Shown here in pieces: positions 7,089-15,741 of a DNA stretch of 32,000 nt. The stretch comes from Methanocaldococcus jannaschii DSM 2661 (GTDB taxonomy: Archaea; AGJL01; Methanococci; Methanococcales; Methanocaldococcaceae), in contig NC_000909.1 in NCBI RefSeq assembly GCF_000091665.1, forward strand, positions 90,870 to 122,869. Reading direction: 5' to 3'. Under the pieces are notes generated by a model. That model searched no databases. It had not been told where the DNA came from and saw only the letters and a list, made by a program, of their open reading frames with translations. Position numbers and translations under genes: made by a program. Numbering within the stretch: position 1 is the stretch's first letter; the number at the start of each line of letters is the position of its first letter.

Positions 7089-8390
7089 ATGGTGTGCTTA
7101 GATTTATCACAATACAGGATGATAACCGACGTTAAAAACAAAGATAACACATTAATCCTTGAAATAAACAAAATTTATGAGATTGAAGTTGAAATTCCTT
7201 ATGAAGAGGTTGAAATTGATGGCTCAATAATAAAAATTAATGCTCATCCAAAAAGAGCTGAAAATATAAAGGTTGGGATTTTAAACTTAATTTCTTATAG
7301 CATAGCTAACAATTTAAAGAGCAAAATAACAAAGAGAAAAACTATATATATAAATGAGCCAATTCCTCTAATAGGGCATACTGCCTTTGGTTTAATTGAA
7401 AGAGGTAGAAATATAATCCAAGTTAGAGGGCATTGTGGCTGTAATTTAAACTGCATATTTTGCTCAGTGGATGAAGGAGAGTTTTCTAAAACAAGAAAAA
7501 ATGATTACTATGTTGATTTAGAGTATTTAATTGAGAATTACAAAAAGATTGTTGATTTTAAGGAAAATAAGTTTATTGAGGCACATTTAGATGGGCAGGG
7601 AGAGCCAAGCCTTTATTATCCATTAGTTGATTTAGTTCAAGAACTGGCAGAGATAAATAAAAAAGGTAATGGTATCGTTTCCATGCAAACAAACGGGACA
7701 GTTTTAAATTATAAACTAATAGATGAGTTAGAAGAGGCCGGGTTGCATAGGATAAACTTATCTATCAATGCCTTAGATGAAAAAATGGCTAAAATGCTCT
7801 CTGGTAGGAGAGATTACAATATTAAGAAGATTTTAGATATTGCTGAATATATAAAAAACTCTAAGATTCATCTATTGATTGCTCCCCTTTTATTGCCAAA
7901 CATAAACGATGAGGAATTTAAGAGAGTTATTGAGTATGCTGTTGATTTAGAGCAGAAAAATCCTCAAAACATTATTAATCCATTAACCGGGAAAAAAGAC
8001 CCCATTTTAGGTTGCCAACTTTGTAGGGTTTATCAATTAGGTAGAAGACCTAAAAAAATGAAGGTTTGGGATTTTGAGAAGTTTTATTATTTGTTAGGGA
8101 AATATGAGTTAGAATATAAGAAGAAAGGTATAGAGGTTAAGCTCATAACTTCACCAAAGGATTTTGGAACGCATAAGAGGAAAAGATTGCCTTATCCATT
8201 CAAAGTTGGTGAGGTAACAAAAGTAAAAGTTGTTTTAGATGGAAGAGTTAAAGGAGAAGTTTTGGGAGTTGCTAAGGATAGGGTAATTCAGATAATTAAC
8301 TGCAATAATGAACAAAATCTAATAGGGAAGACAGTTAAAGTGAGAATTTTGAGAAATAAGGATAATATAATAGTTGCAGAATTGGTTTAA
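7089..8390 (+). CDS. radical SAM protein with a C-terminal TRAM-like domain (uncharacterised, COG2100-type)
   Basis: 433 aa. CNLNCIFC is a CX3CX2C radical-SAM motif. The C-terminus (FKVGEVTKVKVV...GKTVKVRILRNKDNIIVAELV) resembles TRAM beta-barrels of MiaB/RumA-type RNA enzymes. Confidence 0.8.
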   Translation: MVCLDLSQYRMITDVKNKDNTLILEINKIYEIEVEIPYEEVEIDGSIIKINAHPKRAENIKVGILNLISYSIANNLKSKITKRKTIYINEPIPLIGHTAFGLIERGRNIIQVRGHCGCNLNCIFCSVDEGEFSKTRKNDYYVDLEYLIENYKKIVDFKENKFIEAHLDGQGEPSLYYPLVDLVQELAEINKKGNGIVSMQTNGTVLNYKLIDELEEAGLHRINLSINALDEKMAKMLSGRRDYNIKKILDIAEYIKNSKIHLLIAPLLLPNINDEEFKRVIEYAVDLEQKNPQNIINPLTGKKDPILGCQLCRVYQLGRRPKKMKVWDFEKFYYLLGKYELEYKKKGIEVKLITSPKDFGTHKRKRLPYPFKVGEVTKVKVVLDGRVKGEVLGVAKDRVIQIINCNNEQNLIGKTVKVRILRNKDNIIVAELV

Positions 8391-10365
8391 AAGTGGTGAT
8401 AGCTTGAATTTAGTTGATTTATACGTAAAGAAATTCATGGATTTGATTGAGATTGAGAGAAGATGTGAGATGGATTTTCATAAAAATGAGATTATTAAAT
8501 TAGGCAAAAAGAGAGAGAATGTTGGAAGAGCAATTTTAAATTTAAAAGGGAAATTTTTAGGAGAGAGCTTAGGTTGCACCATTGTAAGATTTGGGAGAAA
8601 AAAGCCATTTAAAACAGAAATATCTCCGGGAGACGTTGTTTTAGTTAGTAAAGAAAACCCATTGCAGAGTGATTTATATGCGAATGTCATATACGTAGGA
8701 AAGAACTTTATAGATGTTGCCTTTGATGTTGATGTCCCAAAATGGGTTTATAAAGAAAGAGTAAGAGTTGATTTATACGTAAATGACATAACATTTAAAA
8801 GAATGAAAGAAGCTTTAAGAGAATTTGCAAGAAAGAGGGATAAATTAGCTTATATAATATTAGGCATTGAACACCCAGAAAAACCTTTAAGAGAGGACAT
8901 CAAATTAGAGTTCTATGATAAAAATTTAAATGAATCACAAAAATTAGCAGTTAAAAAGGCAGTTTTAAGTAGGGATTTGTATTTAATTCACGGCCCTCCA
9001 GGAACTGGAAAGACAAGAACTATAACAGAGGTTATCGTCCAAGAGGTTAAATTTAACAAACATAAGGTTTTAGCTACAGCAGATTCAAACATAGCAGCAG
9101 ATAACATCTTAGAGTACCTAATAAAAAAATATCCAGATTTAAAAGTTGTTAGGGTAGGGCATCCAACAAGGATTTCAAAGGATTTGATTCAACACTCTCT
9201 CCCCTATCTAATTGAAAATCATGAGAAATATCAAGAAATCCTAGCTTTAAGAGAGAAGATTAAAGAAATTAAAGAACAGAGGGATAAATTTTTAAAGCCC
9301 TCCCCAAGATGGAGGAGAGGAATGAGTGATGAGCAGATTTTAAAAGTAGCTAAAAGAAAGAAATCCTACAGAGGGATTCCTAAGGAAAAAATCGTTAGTA
9401 TGGCAGAATGGATTATAAGAAATAAAAAGATTAAAAGAATCATCAATAATTTGGATGAAATTACTGAAAAAATCATGAATGAGATTTTAGCAGAGGCAGA
9501 TGTTATCGTAGCAACAAACTCTATGGCTGGTTCAGAAATTTTGAAAGGCTGGGAGTTTGATGTGATTGTTATTGATGAAGGAAGCCAAGCAATGGAGCCT
9601 TCTTGCTTAATTCCAATTGTTAAAGGAAGAAAGCTAATCATGGCTGGAGACCATAAGCAATTACCACCAACAGTTTTAAGTGAGAATGAAGAGCTAAAAA
9701 AGACTTTATTTGAGAGATTGATTAAAAAATATCCAGAATTTTCATCAATATTGGAGATTCAGTATAGAATGAACGAAAAAATCATGGAATTCCCAAATAA
9801 GATGTTTTATAACAACAAATTAAAGGCAGATGAGAGCGTTAAAAACATCACTTTATTAGATTTAGTTAAAGAGGAGGAGATTGATGAGGTTGATAGAGAT
9901 ATTATAAACGAAATCCCAGTTCAATTTATAAATGTTGAAGGGATTGAAAGGAAAGATAAAGAATCTCCATCTTATTACAACATAGAAGAGGCGGAGAAGG
10001 TTTTAGAGATAGTTAAAAAACTTGTAAAGTATAAGATACCAACAAACGTTATAACTCCTTACGATGCCCAAGTTAGGTATTTGAGGAGGTTGTTTGAAGA
10101 GCATAACATAGACATAGAGGTTAATACAGTAGATGGATTCCAAGGAAGGGAGAATGAGGCTATAGTTATCTCATTCGTTAGAACAAAGAACTTTGGATTT
10201 TTGAAGGATTTGAGGAGGTTGAATGTTGCCATAACAAGAGCTAAGAGAAAGCTAATTTTGATAGGCAATGAAAATCTATTGAAGCAAGATAAAGTCTATA
10301 ATGAAATGATAAAGTGGGCAAAATCTGTTGAAGAAGAACACAAAAATAAAATTATCCAAAAATAA
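8374..10365 (+). CDS. superfamily 1B helicase, Upf1/DNA2/NAM7-like
   Basis: 663 aa with GPPGTGKT (motif I), VIVIDEGSQ (II), QYRM, VDGFQGRE (V) and NVAITRAK (VI). It overlaps the upstream radical-SAM gene by 17 nt. Alternative starts are possible at 8404 (TTG after GGTGAT) or 8437. Confidence 0.85.
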   Translation: MQNWFKSGDSLNLVDLYVKKFMDLIEIERRCEMDFHKNEIIKLGKKRENVGRAILNLKGKFLGESLGCTIVRFGRKKPFKTEISPGDVVLVSKENPLQSDLYANVIYVGKNFIDVAFDVDVPKWVYKERVRVDLYVNDITFKRMKEALREFARKRDKLAYIILGIEHPEKPLREDIKLEFYDKNLNESQKLAVKKAVLSRDLYLIHGPPGTGKTRTITEVIVQEVKFNKHKVLATADSNIAADNILEYLIKKYPDLKVVRVGHPTRISKDLIQHSLPYLIENHEKYQEILALREKIKEIKEQRDKFLKPSPRWRRGMSDEQILKVAKRKKSYRGIPKEKIVSMAEWIIRNKKIKRIINNLDEITEKIMNEILAEADVIVATNSMAGSEILKGWEFDVIVIDEGSQAMEPSCLIPIVKGRKLIMAGDHKQLPPTVLSENEELKKTLFERLIKKYPEFSSILEIQYRMNEKIMEFPNKMFYNNKLKADESVKNITLLDLVKEEEIDEVDRDIINEIPVQFINVEGIERKDKESPSYYNIEEAEKVLEIVKKLVKYKIPTNVITPYDAQVRYLRRLFEEHNIDIEVNTVDGFQGRENEAIVISFVRTKNFGFLKDLRRLNVAITRAKRKLILIGNENLLKQDKVYNEMIKWAKSVEEEHKNKIIQK

Positions 10366-10366
10366 A

Positions 10367-10711
10367 TTAATACATTCTAAATGTTATCTCTACATGGATG
10401 GATTCATATTTAACACATTTAGCAAATCCCAACATTTCCAATTGAACCCTTCCAGCTATAATTTCCTTCTCTTCAAAGCCGTTTATCATTTGAGGGACTA
10501 AAGAGACATTTATAACCCTTCCTAAAATTCCTTCAGTTCCATTCCTCAAATCTTCCCTAAGTGTTGATGTTATAAAAACCAAATCTCCTTCTTTTAGGTT
10601 TTTAACTGTCTCTAAGTTTAATGCATTGATTATAGTGAATGTCTTTATATGATTTTCAATAAAATCATTAATTGCATTTTCATTAATTCCAAATAATCCA
10701 TAAACCTTCAT
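10367..10711 (-). CDS. hypothetical protein (114 aa)
   Basis: The ORF-track version extends to 10825 through repeat H4. ATG at 10711 is preceded by GGTGG, so I trimmed it. I recognise no family. Confidence 0.6.
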   Translation of the reverse strand: MKVYGLFGINENAINDFIENHIKTFTIINALNLETVKNLKEGDLVFITSTLREDLRNGTEGILGRVINVSLVPQMINGFEEKEIIAGRVQLEMLGFAKCVKYESIHVEITFRMY

Positions 10712-10774
10712 AATACCACCAAAATACCAATTCGAAAGTTTTAGCATATTCAAACAATATAAAATCTTCAGATT

Positions 10775-10964
10775 GGACATTAATTGGGACTGAAAGTCCC
10801 AACTTAATGGACGTGTGGTATCCACACCATAAAGGGGCTACGCCCCTCTTGGGATACTCCCCTAATATTGCTAATTTACACCTCCGAGCATAAGCGAGGA
10901 GGTGTTAGGTTTTGATGAACCTTTTACTAAAAGGTTCATACCAATAGGAGGTTTCCTCCTATGG
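10775..10964. repeat. hairpin cassette H4 (longest full copy), abutting the stop codon of the PAC2-like gene
   Basis: Modules: GGACATTAATTG-GGAC-tgaaa-GTCC-CAACTTAATGGAC (10775-10812), GTGTGG-tat-CCACAC, AGGGGC-tac-GCCCCT, ACACCTCC-(12)-GGAGGTGT, ATGAACCTTTT-act-AAAAGGTTCAT, CCAATAGGAGG-ttt-CCTCCTATGG (10941-10964). Confidence 0.85.
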
Positions 10965-10967
10965 TAG

Positions 10968-11672
10968 TTAAATGTACATTGGATATTCCTTTCTACTCTT
11001 TGACATCATCTTTAAATGTTGCTCTGCCAGTTCTTTAAGTTTGTTTTCAATAGCTTCAGCCTCTTTGATGAGATTTTCAATATTTACATTTAGATTGAAC
11101 ATTTTATTCAAAACCTCTAATAGATTAGCCCCCCCTCTTGGGTCTGGTCTAATTCCAACAGTTTCAGCCAACAAACCAATAGCATCAAACCCATTGTCAT
11201 GGCATTTTATTAATAAATTTCCCCCCATTCCTCCCACAACTCCAAAATCAAATATTTCAACATAATTTTTTAAATCTTCTATCAACTCTTCTTTATTTGC
11301 TATTCCAAATACTTTTTCTGATTTTCCTGCCATTATTCCTCCAAGAGAAACAAATAGTTTTGGATTTTTGTTTGAAAATGTTTTAACTATAAACTCCGCC
11401 AATCCATTAATCTTAAATGGAGAGATTATTATATCTGAAAATAAAATAATAAAATCTTTGTTTGCATACGCTCTCACTGGAGGGTAGGGAATGCCTTTCT
11501 CAATAGTTGTGAGTGGAAGGATTCCATCAACTTCAAAGTATCCAAAATATTTTAGGTTTAGGTCTTTTATTATTTGAAAACCTGCTATGCTTCCAACTAA
11601 TCCAGTTCCAGGAAATGCTTCAATAACTATGGGATTTTCAAACTCTATTTTTGCTTTTTCTACGAACTTCAT
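10968..11672 (-). CDS. PAC2 / PbaA-like proteasome assembly chaperone family protein (COG1938)
   Basis: IEAFPGTGLVGSIAG N-terminal motif and a C-terminal HbYX-like tail (..PMYI). The ORF-track start is TTG at 11684; ATG at 11672 follows GGTGGA. Confidence 0.75.
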   Translation of the reverse strand: MKFVEKAKIEFENPIVIEAFPGTGLVGSIAGFQIIKDLNLKYFGYFEVDGILPLTTIEKGIPYPPVRAYANKDFIILFSDIIISPFKINGLAEFIVKTFSNKNPKLFVSLGGIMAGKSEKVFGIANKEELIEDLKNYVEIFDFGVVGGMGGNLLIKCHDNGFDAIGLLAETVGIRPDPRGGANLLEVLNKMFNLNVNIENLIKEAEAIENKLKELAEQHLKMMSKSRKEYPMYI

Positions 11673-11738
11673 ACTATCCACCAAATTTAGCTAAGTATAA
11701 ATTATGTTTTAATTTAATTACATTTATAGTTTTCATTT

Positions 11739-11828
11739 TAAGACTTTCGCAGTATTATATATTAAAAGGCATTTAGATGCCCTTAAGCATAAATTTTCTT
11801 TAAAAAATTTATTTCTACGAAAGTCCTA
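11739..11828. promoter_or_regulatory. class B inverted-repeat pair in the divergent promoter region between the PAC2-like and DHPS-like genes
   Basis: TAAGACTTTCGCAG (11739-11752) versus CTACGAAAGTCCTA (11815-11828), 12/14 complementary. A central GGCAT-ttag-ATGCC hairpin is present. The arms are homologous to those at 1208-1334. Confidence 0.55.
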
Positions 11829-11863
11829 AATCTTATATTGACTATGAAAGTTTGAGGGAGATT

Positions 11864-13429
11864 ATGAAAATTCTAATAATCACTGGAAAATTAGCTGAAA
11901 GGAAAGTTAAAGATGCTGTGAAAAAATATGATTTTATAGATGTGCATGTAGCAAATATCTCTGTAGCTGCTTTTTTAACACCTAATTTAATAATTAAAGA
12001 AATTAAAAAATTAGAAAACAAATTAGGAAAAAAATTAAAAGATATTTATGATTTTGTTTTAGTAACTGGGTTGATAAGACATGATTTAAAGAATGTTGAG
12101 GAAGAAACCGGAATAAAATGCTTTAAATCTACAAGAGAAGCTTCTGATATTCCAATATTGATTGAAAATCTGGATAAGATAAAACTATCAACTAAAGAGT
12201 ATGCCGATTTGCAGTTATTAGAAATTATTAGAAAGAAATGTGAGGAGGAGATTAAGAAAGCAGAGGAGCAGGAATTAGGAGAAGGAGATATAAAGATAGG
12301 CAAATTAAAAGTTGGAGATAAATTCCCAATGAGAGTTTTGGGAGAGATAGTCCATGCCCCATGGCTAAAAGAGAAAGAGTTGGAGGAGAAAATAATATAT
12401 TACTTAGAAAGTGGGGCTGATATGATTGATTTGGGAATGGTTAGCAATGAAAATAATGCAGATAAAATTAAAGATATGCTAAAGATAGCGAGAGATTTAA
12501 CTGACAATCCAATTAGTGTAGATACATTAAACACAAAAGAATTAATTGAGGCAATAAATTTAGGGGCAGATATGATTTTGAGTGTTGATGCTGGGAATTT
12601 AGATGAGCTAATTCCATATTTAAAAGATTCAGAAACGGCAGTTGTTGTTCTGCCAACAAATTATAAAACAAACTATGTCCCAGAGACTATTGAAGGCAAA
12701 ATTAAATCCTTAGAGGAGAATATAAAAAAGCTAATAGATGCTGGAATTGAAAAAATAGTTGCTGACCCAATATTAGAGCCAATAAACAATGCCGGATGCA
12801 GTTTTATAGAGAGCGTTATTGCATGTAGAGAATTTAAAAAAAGAAATAAATTGCCACTATTTTTTGGTGTTGGAAATGTTACAGAGCTTTTTGATGCTGA
12901 TAGTAATGGAGTCAATGCTTTGTTAGCAGCTATTGGGGCTGAGATTGGAGCTAATATATTATTTACACCAGAGGCAAGTGCTAAGTGTAAATTTTCAATA
13001 AAAGAGTTAAAGATTGCCTCAAAGATGATGTTTTTGGCTAAAAAAAGGAACTCTCTGCCAAAGGATATTGGCTACAATTTGATAAATTATAAGGATAAAA
13101 GATTTGAGGAGGAAATAACCTTCAATAGTTACAATATCCCAATAATTAAAGCTGAAGAAGATGAGAGGCAGATATTGGATGAAGGAAGTTTTAAAATAGA
13201 AATTGATAGGAAGAACAAAGAGATAGTAGCAATATACTTTAATAAAAGAAGAGAACCAGTTTTAATAATTAGAGGAAAGAAACCAAAAGAAATTTATGAA
13301 ACCGCGATAAGATTAAATTTAATAAAAAAGTTAGACCATGCATCTTATTTTGGTAGAGAGTTAGCTAAGGCAGAGATTGCTTTAAGGATAGGTAAAAAAT
13401 ACAATCAGGACTTTGATTTGTTCCTATAA
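11864..13429 (+). CDS. dihydropteroate synthase-like pterin-binding protein (pterin/methanopterin metabolism)
   Basis: The central region has DHPS-type TIM-barrel signatures (GADMIDLG, VDTLN, GADMILSV, GVGNVTELFDADS). The ORF-track start is TTG at 11852; ATG at 11864 follows GAGGGAG. Confidence 0.7.
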   Translation: MKILIITGKLAERKVKDAVKKYDFIDVHVANISVAAFLTPNLIIKEIKKLENKLGKKLKDIYDFVLVTGLIRHDLKNVEEETGIKCFKSTREASDIPILIENLDKIKLSTKEYADLQLLEIIRKKCEEEIKKAEEQELGEGDIKIGKLKVGDKFPMRVLGEIVHAPWLKEKELEEKIIYYLESGADMIDLGMVSNENNADKIKDMLKIARDLTDNPISVDTLNTKELIEAINLGADMILSVDAGNLDELIPYLKDSETAVVVLPTNYKTNYVPETIEGKIKSLEENIKKLIDAGIEKIVADPILEPINNAGCSFIESVIACREFKKRNKLPLFFGVGNVTELFDADSNGVNALLAAIGAEIGANILFTPEASAKCKFSIKELKIASKMMFLAKKRNSLPKDIGYNLINYKDKRFEEEITFNSYNIPIIKAEEDERQILDEGSFKIEIDRKNKEIVAIYFNKRREPVLIIRGKKPKEIYETAIRLNLIKKLDHASYFGRELAKAEIALRIGKKYNQDFDLFL

Positions 13430-13444
13430 TGAATTTTGGTGGGA

Positions 13445-14779
13445 ATGATGAGAAAAACTAAAATTTTAGTCACTTTAGGACCATCCTTAGAAAATAAATT
13501 AGATAAAGCAATAAATTTGATAGATGGAGTTAGATTTAACATGTCTCATGCCACAACAGATTATTGTGAAAAGTTTTTGAATATATTGGAAAAAAATAAT
13601 ATCGCCAAAGTTATGGATTTGAAGGGAATAAAAATTAGAATTAAAGAAGTTAAATTAAAAAATAAAATATTAAAAATGGGGGAGAAGGTTGTTATTGGAG
13701 AGGATATAAAGCTCAACTACAATATAGACACAATTGAAGAAGGGCATTTTATTTTAATAAACGATGGGAAAATTAAGCTAAGAGTTGTAGAAAAAACTGA
13801 TAAAATTATCGCAGTTGTAGAAGTTGGGGGAGAGATTAAAGAAGGTATGGGAGTTAATCTTCCAGATACAAGGATAGAACTCCCAATAATTGATGAAACT
13901 GATTTGAAGAATATAAAATTCGCTGTAGAAAAGGACTTTGAATATATTGCTTTATCATTTGTTAGGAATAAGGAAGATGTTAAGGAATTAAAAGATATTA
14001 TATCAGAATACAAAGGAGATTGTGAGGTAATATCAAAAATAGAAACTAAGGAGGGATTAAAGAATATAAAAGAGATAGCAAGAGAAAGTGATGGAGTGAT
14101 GGTAGCAAGGGGAGATTTGGGTGTAGAGGTTCCAATAGAAAATATTCCAATTGAACAAAAGAATATATTGAGAATAGCTAATAGATATGGAATTTTGTCA
14201 ATAACAGCCACACAAATATTGGATTCTATGATAAACAATCCATTTCCAACAAGAGCTGAGGTTACAGACATAGCTAATGCCATATACGATGGAACTGACT
14301 GCTTAATGCTCTCCAACGAAACAACTATTGGAAAATACCCAATAGAGGCGATAAAGGTATTAAATAAGGTTGCCAAAGTGGCAGATGAACATTATGAGGA
14401 GTTTGGTGATAGAGTTTGTTTAGAGGTTGAGAGCATTGATGAAGGTTTAGTATATGCTGTTTATGAGCTATATAAGAAGCTAAATACTAAGTTAGTTATA
14501 ACTCCAACATATTCTGGAAGAACTGCTAAGTTAATATCTAAATTAAGGATAAATAGTAAAATAATAGCTCCAACGCCAAATATAAGAACTTTAAAAAGGT
14601 TGAGATTGGTTTGGGGAGTTGAAAGCTGTTTGATGGAAGAATTTGATGATATGGAGAAAATAATCAACACCTGTAGAGAAATGGCTAAAAAAGAAATTGG
14701 AAAGGGGATTTACTTAATCACATTAGGTCATCCAATAGGTCAAAAGAAAACTAACACTATAAAAGTTGAAAGTATCTAA
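13445..14779 (+). CDS. pyk: pyruvate kinase
   Basis: RKTKILVTLGPS, MVARGDLGVE and MLSNETTIGKYP motifs. The ORF-track TTG start at 13436 lies upstream of GGTGGGA; the ATG at 13445 or 13448 is likelier. Confidence 0.95.
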   Translation: MMRKTKILVTLGPSLENKLDKAINLIDGVRFNMSHATTDYCEKFLNILEKNNIAKVMDLKGIKIRIKEVKLKNKILKMGEKVVIGEDIKLNYNIDTIEEGHFILINDGKIKLRVVEKTDKIIAVVEVGGEIKEGMGVNLPDTRIELPIIDETDLKNIKFAVEKDFEYIALSFVRNKEDVKELKDIISEYKGDCEVISKIETKEGLKNIKEIARESDGVMVARGDLGVEVPIENIPIEQKNILRIANRYGILSITATQILDSMINNPFPTRAEVTDIANAIYDGTDCLMLSNETTIGKYPIEAIKVLNKVAKVADEHYEEFGDRVCLEVESIDEGLVYAVYELYKKLNTKLVITPTYSGRTAKLISKLRINSKIIAPTPNIRTLKRLRLVWGVESCLMEEFDDMEKIINTCREMAKKEIGKGIYLITLGHPIGQKKTNTIKVESI

Positions 14780-14791
14780 AAATATTTAAGG

Positions 14792-15550
14792 TTATAAGAG
14801 GTCTAAAATTATATCTAACATTTCTTTGCTATTTGCTACAATAATATTCAATCTATCTGTTGCATTTAGGTCAAATTTCAGTTCATCTCCATTTTCATCT
14901 GTTATTAAGGCTCCTGCTTCTTTGCAGATTATATATGATGAGGCAATATCAACAGCTCTAACCTTAGGTCTTACATCAAAAACAGCATCTAAAGTCCCTT
15001 TAGCTACATAACACATTTCTAAACCAAAAGCTCCAAATATTCTCACTCTTTTAACTTTGTTCCTTAATTTTTCTAAATCTATTTTTTTGCTTGGATAGTA
15101 GCTTATAACTATATTATTTGGATTGAAGTCTTTAACTTTAATCTTTCTTCCGTTTAAATAAGCTCCTTTTCCTTTATATGCCTCATAAAAACTTTTAGTT
15201 AAAAATTCGTAGGTTAAGCCATAATATGGCTCATTATTTTTAAATACTCCAAAGCAGAATGCAAAAAATGGAATTCCATTTATAAAATTAAAAGAACCAT
15301 CTATTGGGTCAATAACTACAGTCCATTCGCTACTGTTATCTATAACACCCAACTCTTCACTCACGATATTAACATTCAGCGATTTTAAATATTTTAAGGC
15401 AATATCTTCACTAATTTTGTCAAAAATTTCTGTTTCATCTCCGCTTGGAGAAGTTCCAACAACGTAAGATTTATCTTTTCTTCCAAAATATGGTAAAATT
15501 TCTTTTTCAATCTCTTTTGCAATATTTTTCCCAATTTCATCCCATTTCAT
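14792..15550 (-). CDS. suhB: bifunctional inositol-1-monophosphatase / fructose-1,6-bisphosphatase (IMPase family)
   Basis: 252 aa with WTVVIDPIDGSFNF (DPIDG motif). The sequence matches what I recall of the structurally characterised M. jannaschii enzyme. Confidence 0.93.
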   Translation of the reverse strand: MKWDEIGKNIAKEIEKEILPYFGRKDKSYVVGTSPSGDETEIFDKISEDIALKYLKSLNVNIVSEELGVIDNSSEWTVVIDPIDGSFNFINGIPFFAFCFGVFKNNEPYYGLTYEFLTKSFYEAYKGKGAYLNGRKIKVKDFNPNNIVISYYPSKKIDLEKLRNKVKRVRIFGAFGLEMCYVAKGTLDAVFDVRPKVRAVDIASSYIICKEAGALITDENGDELKFDLNATDRLNIIVANSKEMLDIILDLL

Positions 15551-15610
15551 TTTCTCATCCTATGCTTTATTTTTAAATTTAAATATACAAAATAAGATAA
15601 TAGTCAATAT

Positions 15611-15661
15611 CTAAGATTTCTTCATCTCTTCCTTTATTTTAAGATAGGTTATCGGTATCGC
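15611..15661 (-). pseudogene. relic duplicate of the last ~15 codons plus stop of the adjacent SemiSWEET-like gene
   Basis: The minus strand translates ..IPITYLKIKEEMKKS*, against IPITYLKIRDEMRKS* for the intact gene end (15742-15792). The match is ~78% nt identity, gap-free and codon-phased, and all three aa changes are conservative. Confidence 0.7.
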
Positions 15662-15741
15662 AAGCATATAGAGGAACCTCTATTACTATACTCCGAGTGG
15701 GCTTTACTATGTTCAGCCCCACTTTCTATATTTAGCTTTCA
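15662..15741. repeat. hairpin cassette H5 between the SemiSWEET-like gene end and its relic copy
   Basis: ATAGAGG-aa-CCTCTAT and AGTGGGC-(13)-GCCCCACT stem-loops form a GC-rich island in AT-rich spacer. Confidence 0.65.

Noticed and set aside
10712-10825. N-terminal 38-aa extension of the 152-aa ORF
   Set aside because: The extension is encoded by hairpin cassette H4 and adjacent spacer, whereas the internal ATG at 10711 has a GGTGG SD. I kept the 114-aa version.
13717-14376. Long antisense ORFs inside genes (e.g. 219 aa antisense to pyruvate kinase; also 29519-30049, 16727-17134, 9366-9641, 12046-12303)
   Set aside because: They are low-complexity Ser/Leu/Ile/Phe-rich translations opposite strongly supported genes. 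This is expected in AT-rich genomes where stop codons are depleted on the antisense strand of Lys/Glu/Ile-rich genes.
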